From Vicugna vicugna (taxonomy: Eukaryota): 64,000 bases of DNA. The first letter of the stretch is position 1. Each line of letters starts with the position of its first letter. The notes beneath the pieces are model-generated. The model worked only from the letters and a program-made list of their open reading frames with translations. It had not been told where the DNA came from and did no database searches. This document shows positions 53,401 to 64,000 of the stretch, in pieces. Location of the stretch: assembly GCA_013265495.1 (NCBI GenBank), contig MU058423.1, positions 6,300,939 through 6,364,938 of the forward strand. Direction: 5' to 3'. The position numbers and the translations under genes were made by a program.

Positions 53401-54307
53401 AAACACCAGAGTCCAAAGAATTTAAGGGATTTGTGCTGGATAGAGGACATTCATAACACAGATCTCAGCTCAGTGGTATTTACTGTCTGGCAGTTACATC
53501 CTAACAGAGAGCTGAAAAGGCTGTCACCATATGTTCTTGTAAACCAGAGAACCTAGAAAGATTACCATCTTGGGCAGAAAAGAATGTTATATTCAGCCAC
53601 AGAGTTGACATTTGTCATTTGAGCTCCAGTCATTTGAGAACCTCTCTTCCTTTTGAAATTTCCCCGCATTGTGAGCTCTGCATTGCCAAAACAGATGTCT
53701 CCCTCGCCATGAACGCAGGCACATGACCGTGGTTCTTCTGTCCACAGACATTTATGAAGGACCTGAATGTTGAAGTGAGCAGAGCAGGGAGTTAGTCATG
53801 TTCCCCAGAATTTACCCTCTGTCAAATGTACTATTGAAAGTACTGGTTTTTTAGGGGTGGAGGGTGTTGAACCCTCACTGTAATATGTCAGGAGCTTTTG
53901 CAATGGCAGAGATGACAGCATTTCCGCAGAGGAACTTCAAGGCTGTGATCGGGTGTTGTCTCTAGGATTTCCATAGGGTTTCTCCCAGGCCTTCCACGAG
54001 ATATCCAAATTATTTAAACAGCTCTTCTCTCTTCTCTGTTTCTTTGAGACTAAGGTCAGTGAGCTGTGCATAGAGCACTGTTTTGTTTTGTTTTTTTTTT
54101 TTAATTTCCACTTTGAGACAACTGTGCCATACACTATGAAGAATAAAAATGTAAACATGTTCACGGCTCCTGGAAGCACACATACTGCTAAATATATGAC
54201 ACATAAATTACTGCTAGCAATTAGGTAGATCATGTTCAGGGTTGTAATAATTACAGAAAGAAAAAAAATCTCTTAAGAGTTTAGAGAAGGGAGGGCATAT
54301 TAACACT

Positions 54308-54510
54308 AGTGGCAGTTCTTAAAATTTAGTGAGGCATTACAGGTTTCTGAAATTTTAATGCAGAATACTGGTTCCTGGTTTCCACCACCAGAGATCATAA
54401 TATTTATAGCTGCATTAGGGCTCAAAAATTCACATTTCTATCAAGGCTCCAGCTAATTCTGAAGAAGCTGGTATCCTAATTCCACCTGGTAAAAAACAAC
54501 AGGGGCTTAG
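54308..54510. mobile_element. MER5-type DNA transposon remnant
   Basis: 'cagttcttaaaatttagtgaggcattac...catttctatcaaggctccagctaattctgaag'. Confidence 0.5.
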
Positions 54511-54857
54511 AAAAATTTTAGGGAGAATATAATCCTTAAAAATCAAGCTTCTCAATTTTTGCCAAGTTTTTTTTTTTTTTGTGGGCTGTCATTTCCTGTT
54601 GGCTTATCTCTTTTCTAAATGCTGCATGATTTTAAGTTTCCCAGTGTGCCATGTGGTGTCATCCAAAATGACATAGGATCTTTCAGGAAAACCTGGGAGG
54701 AGCCTAGAGCCAGATGCTGGATAACCAGAACCCCAGCGGATGGAAGCAAAACAGTCTAAGCGATATCCTGTCCATAAAATGACAAGTTCACATCTATTTC
54801 TACATTCTCTTTCCCAGGCTTGTTGCTCGTCCACGTTCTAATTGCCTTTCACTAGGT

Positions 54858-55250
54858 TCAGTCCGTATAGGGATGGTTATGGAGCAATAAGAAACAACCC
54901 TCATATCTCAGTGGCTTATTGGTTTTAAAGACTTATTTCTCACCCATGCTAGTGGTCAAATGCCAACCAGATGAGGACACTGCTCTGCATGAATGTCCCC
55001 CTTCCTCCAGCATCAGTACTGATGGAGAAGCCACTTTGTGAAATGGCAGAGGTAATGAGAAGCCACAAAATTAATTCTAAAATTTTATATATTTTATATA
55101 TATTAAATAGATAGATAGATAGATATAGAGAGAGGAGAGGGAAGTTGGGGGACAAGTCACATGACTACTCTAACTTCAGCTAGGCAAGAAAATGGAATCT
55201 TACCGGGTGCCCAAAAGGAAAGAGAGCCAGCATATCTGTGAACATCCTGT
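54858..55250 (-). mobile_element. old MLT1 (K/L-like) LTR
   Basis: 'gcaataagaaacaaccctcatatctcagtggctta...ttatttctcacccatg', 'caagtcacatgac...gggtgcccaaaaggaaagagagcc'. Confidence 0.6.
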
Positions 55251-57709
55251 CTGTCAGAAGGACCACCGCAAAAGCCTCCTAACTGATCTTTGTGACGTCA
55301 GATTTCTTCTCCCGGATCCGTTCTACGGTCAGATTCATCTACTTAAAAATGACTGACTACTTTGTTCTGTCCCAGGAAACTCCTAAGTTTCCCTCCTGTA
55401 TTTTTAACAAAATTCTCAGAGTGTATTTGAGGCCTTCCACACTGTGGCTTCTCACCTATCTCCCATCAAACACCTAAGACTTACCTTACATGAAGCCTGT
55501 AGTCCAAGCAATTTGTACACTCCTCAAACATGGTTTTACTTTACCAACTCCAATTTTTTAATTATGCTGCCTAGAAACCTGAATTCAGACTTAATTGGCA
55601 GTTATTAAGTAGTGACTATATGTCAGATAAATTTCTTGTACAGTACTTATTTTGTTCTCATGTCTTCTTATCAAAGTACCAGCAATTCCATTTTATATGA
55701 TGCCTCCTCCGAGAAGCCTTCCCTGATGTTCCCAATTACTTGTGATCTTCAGTTGCTCATAATCCTTAAGGTCTTTGGATAAAGCTTTAAACATAGCACA
55801 GACTCTGTTTTTTATTACAAATACCTAATATTTATCTAATCTTCAAATAAAAAAGTGCAGACTTTGGGGGCTAGGAATTGAACTGCTTTTAAGTCATCTC
55901 TCATGCAGCTCTGCAAATAATATCATTTATTAAATAAATATTTAACTGCATTGTGAAATAAGTATGCATAACAGCACCTGCATATCAACCAATGATATAT
56001 TTCACCTTGGAAATTAATTTATCTGTGTGTGTGTTTATCATTTGGGGATTCCTAAAGGCACTGTTACTAGGTGATCATTAACATTTTCCCAAATAATCAA
56101 ATATGTAAGCTGGGAAGTATAATTCTAAGTAGAAACACACACGTCCAGATAGCGGCTCTAACGATGTCTAATTTTCATTTTTATTCAGGTTTTTTAGTTT
56201 GTGGGGGACAATGTAGCAGTGAGGGTATATTTAGCATAGTTCTTCCCAATGTAATAAGTAGGACTCTCCTTTGCAGCCCATGTGAGAAAGTCTTCATTTG
56301 TGTTTCAAAATAGTCATCAGCTGTGCTAACAACAAAAGGAAAAGACGGTACTGTCAGCCACCAGATGGGAAATTATTTCAACCCAGCGTTACATTTATTC
56401 ATAACATTCAGGTTATAACATAAAGCAAAAATGGCCACAGAGGATTTTGTTTTACTGCCTGTAAGGAACGCCTCTGTTTCCTGAGGCTTGTATTTTCCCT
56501 TTGGTGTGTTTCAGGCATACTTCACCACTTAACAGGCTTTCCGTAGCTCATTCAGAGCACTTGCCTTCCCCCCTTTTCAGGCACCTATTACTGAAGTCCA
56601 CGCTGGTAATAGCAGTCAGATTAATATATAATTCTCATGTGTGTAATACAACAAATGCGGTAGACTCACAGTTTGAGGGTCATGCTGTTTTAGAGTTGAT
56701 GGTGTGATTTATACATTCTCCCTGAAGTGTGATATCTATATTTACAGAAGGAACATCATTCAGTTTTTATGGAATAGAGCAGTTCTCTTGTCAAGGAGAC
56801 TTGGATGACATCTCAGACCTCATATAAAATTTTATATTCTCTTAAGAAATAGTACTGTATTTTGATGTGCTTTTCCATAGTATTATTCTAAAATAAAGTG
56901 AATTAGTAACGCTTTGTTTTACGTACTGATGATGGAGTCCCGTTAACTCAATTACGCTGTCTATAGCAGCACCCACCATGGATAGGCAACATTCGCTACC
57001 AAGCCGAGAACAGCTGTGCTAGGATCTGAGCTGGTGCTGTGTTTACAGATGAGATAAAATGGGGAGAAAAAGTACCTTGAGGGATATGAAGGGTGTGGAG
57101 AGATCCGCTCACACACAGCCTCCTTTTCTTCTGTGAAAGCCTCCATTTACCCACACTGACACTTCTTATTCTTACACCCTGACCATGGTTGTTACGTTTA
57201 GGGGTAGCCACCTGTCTCAAACAGGACTTCTGATTTGTTTAAACTGGAATGGAGGGAAAAAATATGCAGATCCTCTCTGGGGTTGATTAACACGAGATAT
57301 AAAATTTGATAGTTCCCTGTGTTTCCAACCATGTTCACTGAGCCAGCCAGCTACAAGAAAGAATGAAACCCACAAAAAGAAGCAATGGGAAACAGGTAAA
57401 TTTCTGTCAGCATCTGAGTTGCAGAATCCCATTGTTCCCAAGGATCAGCTGCACCTTTTCCTTCACATGGCTTGATTGTAAATTATTCTATGATTACATG
57501 AGCTAATAAATTTCCCTTTGTCAAGCTAGTTACATGGAGTCCGATAACTCACAACAAAGAGCTTTTGGACAAAGTGAAAGCTGTGGGACCTCAGGAGTCT
57601 GGATTGGACTCGGAGCTGAAAAAAAGCCAGCAGTGGATTTACACTGATGGTAAAGAATCAACTAGACAAGATGGACTAAAACGAGCAATACAGTAAAGAG
57701 AAAGGAGAG

Positions 57710-58046
57710 TGTAATGGTTTGGATTATTGTTTAATGATACTCCCCCTCCCTTGGGGGTAAACTATAGACCACTAGTCAATGGAGTGTGTGTGGATATGTC
57801 ATGACCACAGATTTTGACTTGTCCTCTTTTGTTCCTTAGATCCACGATGAGAAGGTTTTGCTCTCTTTGTCCTCCTGGTCCATGAACAATGTAGAAACAA
57901 GTGGAGCAGACCCGAACTCAACTTACAAGCTAAAGTAGAGCCACCCCAACTGCTAGTGAGAAAAATAAATACTGCTTGTTGTAAGCCACTGAGTTAGGGG
58001 CTTGTTGGTTACACGGCACTTATTTCGGTAATGGCGAACTATTAAA
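57710..58046 (+). mobile_element. old MLT1 (I/J-like) LTR
   Basis: TGTAATGG start; 3' end 'gcttgttgtaagccactgagttaggggcttgttggttacacggca'. Confidence 0.65.
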
Positions 58047-58056
58047 CTTGGAGAAT

Positions 58057-58659
58057 TGTGGGTTCGTCACCAGTTGTGGGTTCTGGCCAGCAGAAGTTCC
58101 ACCGAGATGGAATGAATTATTCAAGACTCTGGAAAAGCCAAGAGAGAGAGAGGGAGTCGGGAGCCAACTCTATGAGCCTCTCAAATCTCTCATATTTATT
58201 GAGTATAGTCAGAGCAGGAATTTAGGGAAGGACAGGGCGGGATCACAATGAGCACAAAGGCTTTGTTCATTGTTGGTGTTTGGCTCAAGGTCAGAAGACC
58301 CTTTCTGGTGAATCATAATCATGTTCAGCCTTTCAGCTTATCAGGGCGGAACGTATGAGAATCAGCTGCTTAACAAGATTTTTCTTGGACTCAGGCGGCT
58401 GTGCCTGTCTTAGGTTACCCCTCAGGGGATCTTGCCCGTCATTGGCTAACCAGCCTTCTCACCTGAGTCTGCAGCTTTTTACCATTCCAGCCCAAGGCTG
58501 TTTTGGTGATAGAAGACTAACGGCAGGCACGTCCAGCGTTTATAGCCGGGGGCCTGGGTCATTGCTAAAACCTCCAGGCAGTTACTAAGCACATCTTCTT
58601 TAAGGAGATAAGCGGCTGGGGTCTGTTACAATTTGTTAACCCAATCATGGGCTCCCACA
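58057..58659 (-). mobile_element. young solo LTR, probably ERV2/ERVK class
   Basis: TGTGGG...CCCACA terminal inverted repeats; perfect 6-bp TSD GAGAAT (58051-58056, 58660-58665); minus-strand AATAAA at 58195-58200; about 13 CpGs retained. Confidence 0.9.
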
Positions 58660-59004
58660 GAGAATGAGTTGTAGAAATTAAAGGCAAAGCAAGTACGAGA
58701 ATGAGTAGTTTCAAGATGAAGTTTCAGGAAGCAAATACCAGTGGGCTGACACTTACAGGAAATAGAAGAAGCAGGTAGATGACAATACACAGAAAAGAAA
58801 GGGAGTATGGGCCATGCAGTACATACAACAGAGAGAGAGAAGAATAGTCAGAGAACTGTGCATAGAGAAAAAAATCATGGGGCAGGCTAAAAATACTTCA
58901 GAAACTGCCTACAGTAGATGCAGAAGTGAAAGGATGTGGGAATCACTTGACATGGTAAGAGATAAACAGGAAAAAGGTAGAACTGGGGGTATATTTAGCA
59001 ACAA

Positions 59005-59199
59005 CTAGTCATACCTCTTCCCCTTTTAGTATAAGGAAGCTTGAATTAGAATCTAACTAGGGTAAGATGGTTTGTTGGGACCATCTTGGTCTGGCCTGCT
59101 GGTCTTCCAAAGAAAGCTGCTATTCCTTGCCCCAACACCTCCTTTCTCAATAGCGTGGCCTGTCATGTGACAAGCAGTACCAGCTTGGACTCAGTAACA
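59005..59199 (+). mobile_element. ERV1-class LTR 3' fragment
   Basis: 'gctattccttgccccaacacctc...ggcctgtcatgtgacaagcagtaccagcttggactcagtaACA'. Confidence 0.6.
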
Positions 59200-59359
59200 C
59201 AGAGAGACTATTACTGCTCAAATTTAGTCTTAGAACTTTTAGGACCTAGACAAGCAAGGATTTTGTGCATAGGTTTAATTTCCATCATTGGACTAAAATA
59301 CCAGAAAAGCAATTAGGTGTTATATTTTATCAGTCCCCTTTGGAACATATCAACCTTTT

Positions 59360-59620
59360 AGTCATTCATTCATTCTTTCACTCACTCACTTATACATTGA
59401 TTCTTACATTTATTCAATAATATTTACTGGGCACCTAGTCAATACTAATTATTCTCCTTTAGGAGCTGAAAACATAGAGGTAAATATGATGTGATCTGCT
59501 TAAAGGAGCTCACAGTCTAGTAGGAGAATGAGATAAGTAAACAGGTGATGGCAGTGAAGTGTAATATTAAATTTAACTCAGGGCTTGTACAGTATGGAAG
59601 ACTAGACAGACGTAACTTTG
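59360..59620 (-). mobile_element. L2 3' end
   Basis: (cattt/cact)n tail, 'atatttactgggcaccta...aaggagctcacagtctagtagg'. Confidence 0.7.
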
Positions 59621-61254
59621 CCCAGATCAAAATGGGAGGATAAATGGTATACTATCTTTCTTGTTGTGGGTGGCAAGTTTAAGAAAAAAAGGAAATTTAT
59701 TGGCTCAAATAATTGGCTCAAAACAGAGGTTGCTATGGCCTGAAAATAAATCCATTTGGAGGCTCTGATGGTCTCAGGGTTCTGTATCTCCAGATCTCTC
59801 TTCTTGATAATCTATCAGAGACTGATTTTATTCTGCACATCAGTGAGTTTACTTGACCAGGAGAGATGGACACTGTCAGCTCAAGACTACCTGAACCTTT
59901 GAGCCAGGATAACTGCACTGTTATCCAAACTAAGATACCTTTCAGAGTGAAAAGAGTACTATTATAATTATGCTAAGAAAAAAGGTATAGACCAAGTGGG
60001 AGATTCCTTGGAAATCTGGAATATATTTCTACCCATATACACACATTATCCTAAAGGAACAGAAACCCACTGTGCTGCCATCCTCATATTAACATTTTGT
60101 GAAGCTTATCGTGGGTTAATGTGGATTATGTGTCAATCCTGGGGACAATTACTGTGGCAGAGAAAATGGAGCACTATGATTGGATAGTCTGTTTCCCTCC
60201 TTCATTCTTTTTTTCTAAGCCTTTGTATGCTTCTCCTGTAGCATCTGATTTCCTTCTGATTAAGAACCTGTCACCCCTTACATGTTAGTTTGGAAATACT
60301 GGTTTCTTGGCTCTGTCTTCAAAGGACTGTTGTAGATTCTTATACTTAGAATAGAACGTTTATGATACATAGCTTGTAATGGAAGAACATAACAAGATAG
60401 TATTATGAAGGACCTCCTTCCTACCAGCCGTGGAGGTGAGCAGGAATAAAAGGGATGAAAATGTCAGAGTGTTCCACTGTGTCACACTCACTCACACACC
60501 CCCCACACACTCATTTGTCCTTGGTCCCTTGATTCCAAAACTTAGTTTCAAATAATTTTATCAGGCTGATTTTTCTTATATAGGCACAGCAAAAAGGAAG
60601 CATTGATTCTTATATGATTTACTTTCAGGAAGTCAAAACAATGGATTAAGTGAATATACCAAGTGAAACTGAGCTTGGCAATCTTACTGTTTTGTTAAAG
60701 ATAAATGAAAGTTGTAATTATAATAATTTATCAATTGCTACATTCATCCAAATTAGTAATTAGGTCACTGCGAACACATTTTTAATACAGTTTGCTTACA
60801 TATACATAATTTTTCTGCTCTTGTCTTTACTATTAAACAAAAGCTCTCTGATTCAAAGGGCAGAGTCAGCTGCCCTGCAGTCAAAGGAAAGATGCATGCC
60901 AGCTAAATTGGAGATCAAGTCTGCCTACTATATTCTGAGCATTTTAGGAGTCTGCTATCACAAGAAAATATATATTTATACTATGACAAAATAATATATT
61001 TATTTTCAAGATATTTAGAAAATCCTTTTTTGGTGGAAATAAATCTTCTATAAACCTAAGGCTAAGCAAAATCAATGTAAAAGTTTATGGAAAACTGATT
61101 TTTACATTAAAAGAAGCAAAATAGAAAACAAGTTTTGGAATGCAATGGTGGTAGTTATTTGCTTTTATAAATGTTTTACCTTAAAAAAAAGATCACAATC
61201 TAGCAAACACACTTATGCTAAGAGAAAGGGGAAGAGGGGCCAGCATAAGAGATT

Positions 61255-61470
61255 AAGAACAAGGACCTACTGTATAGCAGAGTGAACTATATTCAATATC
61301 TTATAATAACCTACAATGAATATGAGTAATAATATAATAATATTGAGTAATATAAAGATACATGTATGGGGATATATATGTAAATGTATAACTGAATTAC
61401 TATGCTGTACACCAGAAACTAAACCAGCATTGTAAATCAACTATACTTCAATAAAAAAAATTAAATAAAG
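61255..61470 (+). mobile_element. cetartiodactyl-type L1 3' end
   Basis: 'aacaaggacctactgtatagca...aactatattcaatatctt...tgctgtacaccagaaactaa...ctatacttcaataaaaaaaa'. Confidence 0.85.
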
Positions 61471-61709
61471 TGTGCTTTGATCAGGTGCAAATTTGGTAGT
61501 AGGTGTCCGGGCAGGATGTGATTACTTTATCTGAAATATTTTGCTTCTCCTCTTTCCCAATATAAATCCTCCTTAAGAACCTCAATTTTCCAATCAGTTG
61601 AACTCTCTTGGTTTTTCTAAAAAGTTTCAGGACCTCTCTGAGATGCTGACAATTGTTGTGTCTTTCTAACAGTTACTCACTAAGAACACCTAAATCTCCC
61701 AGACCTGAG

Positions 61710-61944
61710 CAGGGCTGGGACAAGAGTGACAGCAGTGAAGCACTTCCCTCAGGCACAAAACTTAAGGAGGTGCCCCAAAAGCCTTGTAGTCAAAATAATA
61801 CTATTTATAATATTTTTTAAATAGAAATGAATGTCAAAAGCCCACAATGAACAAATATCAAACTTTTAAATAAGGACAGGAACTTGCACTGGAATTGAAC
61901 AACCCTGCCCTTCACATCTCACCCTCATCCCAGTCCTGGCCCTG
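61710..61944. mobile_element. MER96B-like hAT-Tip100 non-autonomous DNA transposon
   Basis: TIRs CAGGGCTGGGAC / GTCCTGGCCCTG (10/12 match); 'gcacaaaacttaaggaggtgcc'. Confidence 0.7.
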
Positions 61945-62150
61945 AGTCCTTTTCTAGGACTCCCCACTCACGAGTAATTGTGACATTGAGCAAGTGACTT
62001 AATTTCTTGAAGCTTCAGGTATCTCATTGTAAAATGAATATTAATAATATTTTTCTTAAACTTCATGGTACATTTGAAGGAAATAAATGATAATGTTTTC
62101 AGTGTCTTTCTCAGACAACACCAGGACATAGACAGTTATTAACCTATTAA
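61945..62150 (+). mobile_element. MIR SINE
   Basis: 'gtgacattgagcaagtgacttaatttcttgaagcttcagg...tgtaaaatgaat'. Confidence 0.7.
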
Positions 62151-62917
62151 CTCAAGTTTAGCATTTATTACATATTTTTAAAATTCAACAATATGTTAAA
62201 GAAAACACCTCTGGGACACCAGGCTCATGACTGAGCACGACATGTGAGGAACGACAATCTAGATCAAACACACATTGTCCTTTCCCTCAGAGGATTCAGA
62301 GTAAGGTATCATTTAAATATTTATGAAAATCATTTTAAAACATGTAACTCCTTTGTGATTCTTCAAAATGTGATGCTTGTTTGCTAACATTAAAATTATG
62401 TTTTAATAATGGTCTACGATAAATATAATTGATCATTTTTTTTACCTGATCACTACCTGTTAAATTTATTTTTTAAATTTGACAATTTGATATTTGCTAA
62501 TTTTATCAAATATGAATTAATTACTCCACATAATTCAAAATACTGAATGAATAATTTTAATCATTTATTATGAATTATTGACTTGTATCACCTACTCACA
62601 TATTTGGCTTATAAACCATCGGCTTATCCATTCATTTCTCAGATAGGCCTTCTTTCCATCTAGCTCTGTTTTCTGTGTCCCTGCTGTTTGCTGGGTTGTT
62701 CTTTATCCTGATTACCTGTACATCTTGTTCTAGATCTCCTGGGTACTGCCCTCTAACTAAAGATAAAACTTTGTTACCTTCCTGCTTTAAATGCTTTAAC
62801 GAATACCTCATACCAACAGAATAAATTCCCGCTCCTTACTGTGGCCCAAAATATTTTATGATTTGACAGTCTCCTATTTTTCAGCCTATGTCTCCCTGCC
62901 TTTTTTCCTAATGCTAC

Positions 62918-64000
62918 GTAATTCACACACCATAAAAATCACTTTTGAAACGTCCAATTAAGTGGTTTTTGTATATTCCCAGATTGTGCGTTTAATATTT
63001 TACCATCCCCCCTAAACAGTCCCCTGACTTGTTATCACTCATCCTGTTTCTTCTTCACTCCCCAGCCCCTGGCAACCACTAATCTACTTTCTGTCCCTGA
63101 GGAATTATCTAATCTGCACATTTAACATTAATAGGATTATGGGTTTTTTTTAATGTCTGGTTTCTTTTACTTAGAATGTTTCCAAGGTTCATCCTTGTTG
63201 TAGTGTGTGTTAGGATTTCATTCCTTTTATGGCTGAATGATAAGCCATTATTTTGATACACCACATTTTGTTTAACCATTTATCAGCTGATGAACGTTGG
63301 GATTGTTTCAACTTTTGAGGCCATTATAAGTGATGTTGCTATGAATATTCATGTGCAAGTTTTTGTGTGAGCATGTTTTTAATTGTCTTTAGTCAACTTA
63401 GTCCTAGAATTGGAGCTGTTGCTTAACTTTTTGAGACAAACTGTTTCACACAGTGGCTTCATCATTTTATTGCACTCATCACCAGTGCATAAGGGTTCCG
63501 ATTTTTCCACATCCTTGCTAACACTTGTCCTTTAGTTTGTTTGTTTGCTTGTTTGTTTGTTTTCCTAAATTTATAGCTATTGTGTGGGTAGGAAGTGATA
63601 CCCCATCGTGGTTTTGCTTTGCACTTTTCTAATGAATAACGATGTTCAGCACCATTTCATGCGCTTCTTGTATTCCTGTATACCTGCTTTGGAGAAATGT
63701 TTATTTGAATCCATTGACCATTTTTTAATTGGGTTGTTTGTCTTTTAATTGTTGAATTTTAAGTGTTTTTTAATATATTGTAGATACCACACTCTTACGA
63801 GATAAAATGTCAATTTTTCTCTGATTCTGTATGCTATCTTCTCATTTTTATAGGATGTGCTGACAAATGTTTTTAATTTAATGAATTTCAATTTAACTGC
63901 ATTTACATGTAAGTTTTCTTCTAATAGTTTTATAGTATTAAATCTACATTTAAGTCTTTGATCCGCTTTGAGTTAATTTTTGTGTAATGGCATGAGTTAA
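62918..64000 (-). mobile_element. L1MB-type LINE-1 3' portion, running off the window
   Basis: 'ccccagcccctggcaaccactaatctactttctgtc', 'ttcattccttttatggctgaa', 'ttggagaaatgtttattt', 'tttgagttaatttttgtg'. Confidence 0.9.

Noticed and set aside
1..64000. CRISPR arrays, operons, prokaryotic defence systems, tRNA/rRNA genes
   Set aside because: The sequence is mammalian repeat-rich DNA; I saw no regularly spaced repeats, long ORFs or RNA-gene signatures.

Overview
AT-rich placental-mammal genomic DNA, intergenic or deep intronic. The young L1 3' ends resemble cetartiodactyl, probably camelid, L1s; that assignment is from recall and not verified. No intact host protein-coding gene, RNA gene or CRISPR array is supportable, and the supplied ORFs are either chance ORFs or decayed retroelement fragments. 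The window is a patchwork of transposon fossils: L2, MIR, MER5/MER96-type DNA transposons, old and young L1s, and many LTR elements. It carries four separate class III (ERV-L-type) pol remnants. The best preserved is a 5'LTR-gag-pro-RT-RNaseH provirus at about 31.36-35.39 kb, joined tail-to-tail to an older inverted ERV-L RNaseH-integrase piece. A young solo LTR with a perfect 6-bp TSD lies at 58057-58659. A few non-repeat blocks look regulatory, most clearly an RFX X-box/CCAAT/KLF cluster near 7 kb. I found no convincing novel biological system. Repeat family names come from recalled consensus sequences and need RepeatMasker/Dfam confirmation; boundaries without TSDs are approximate.
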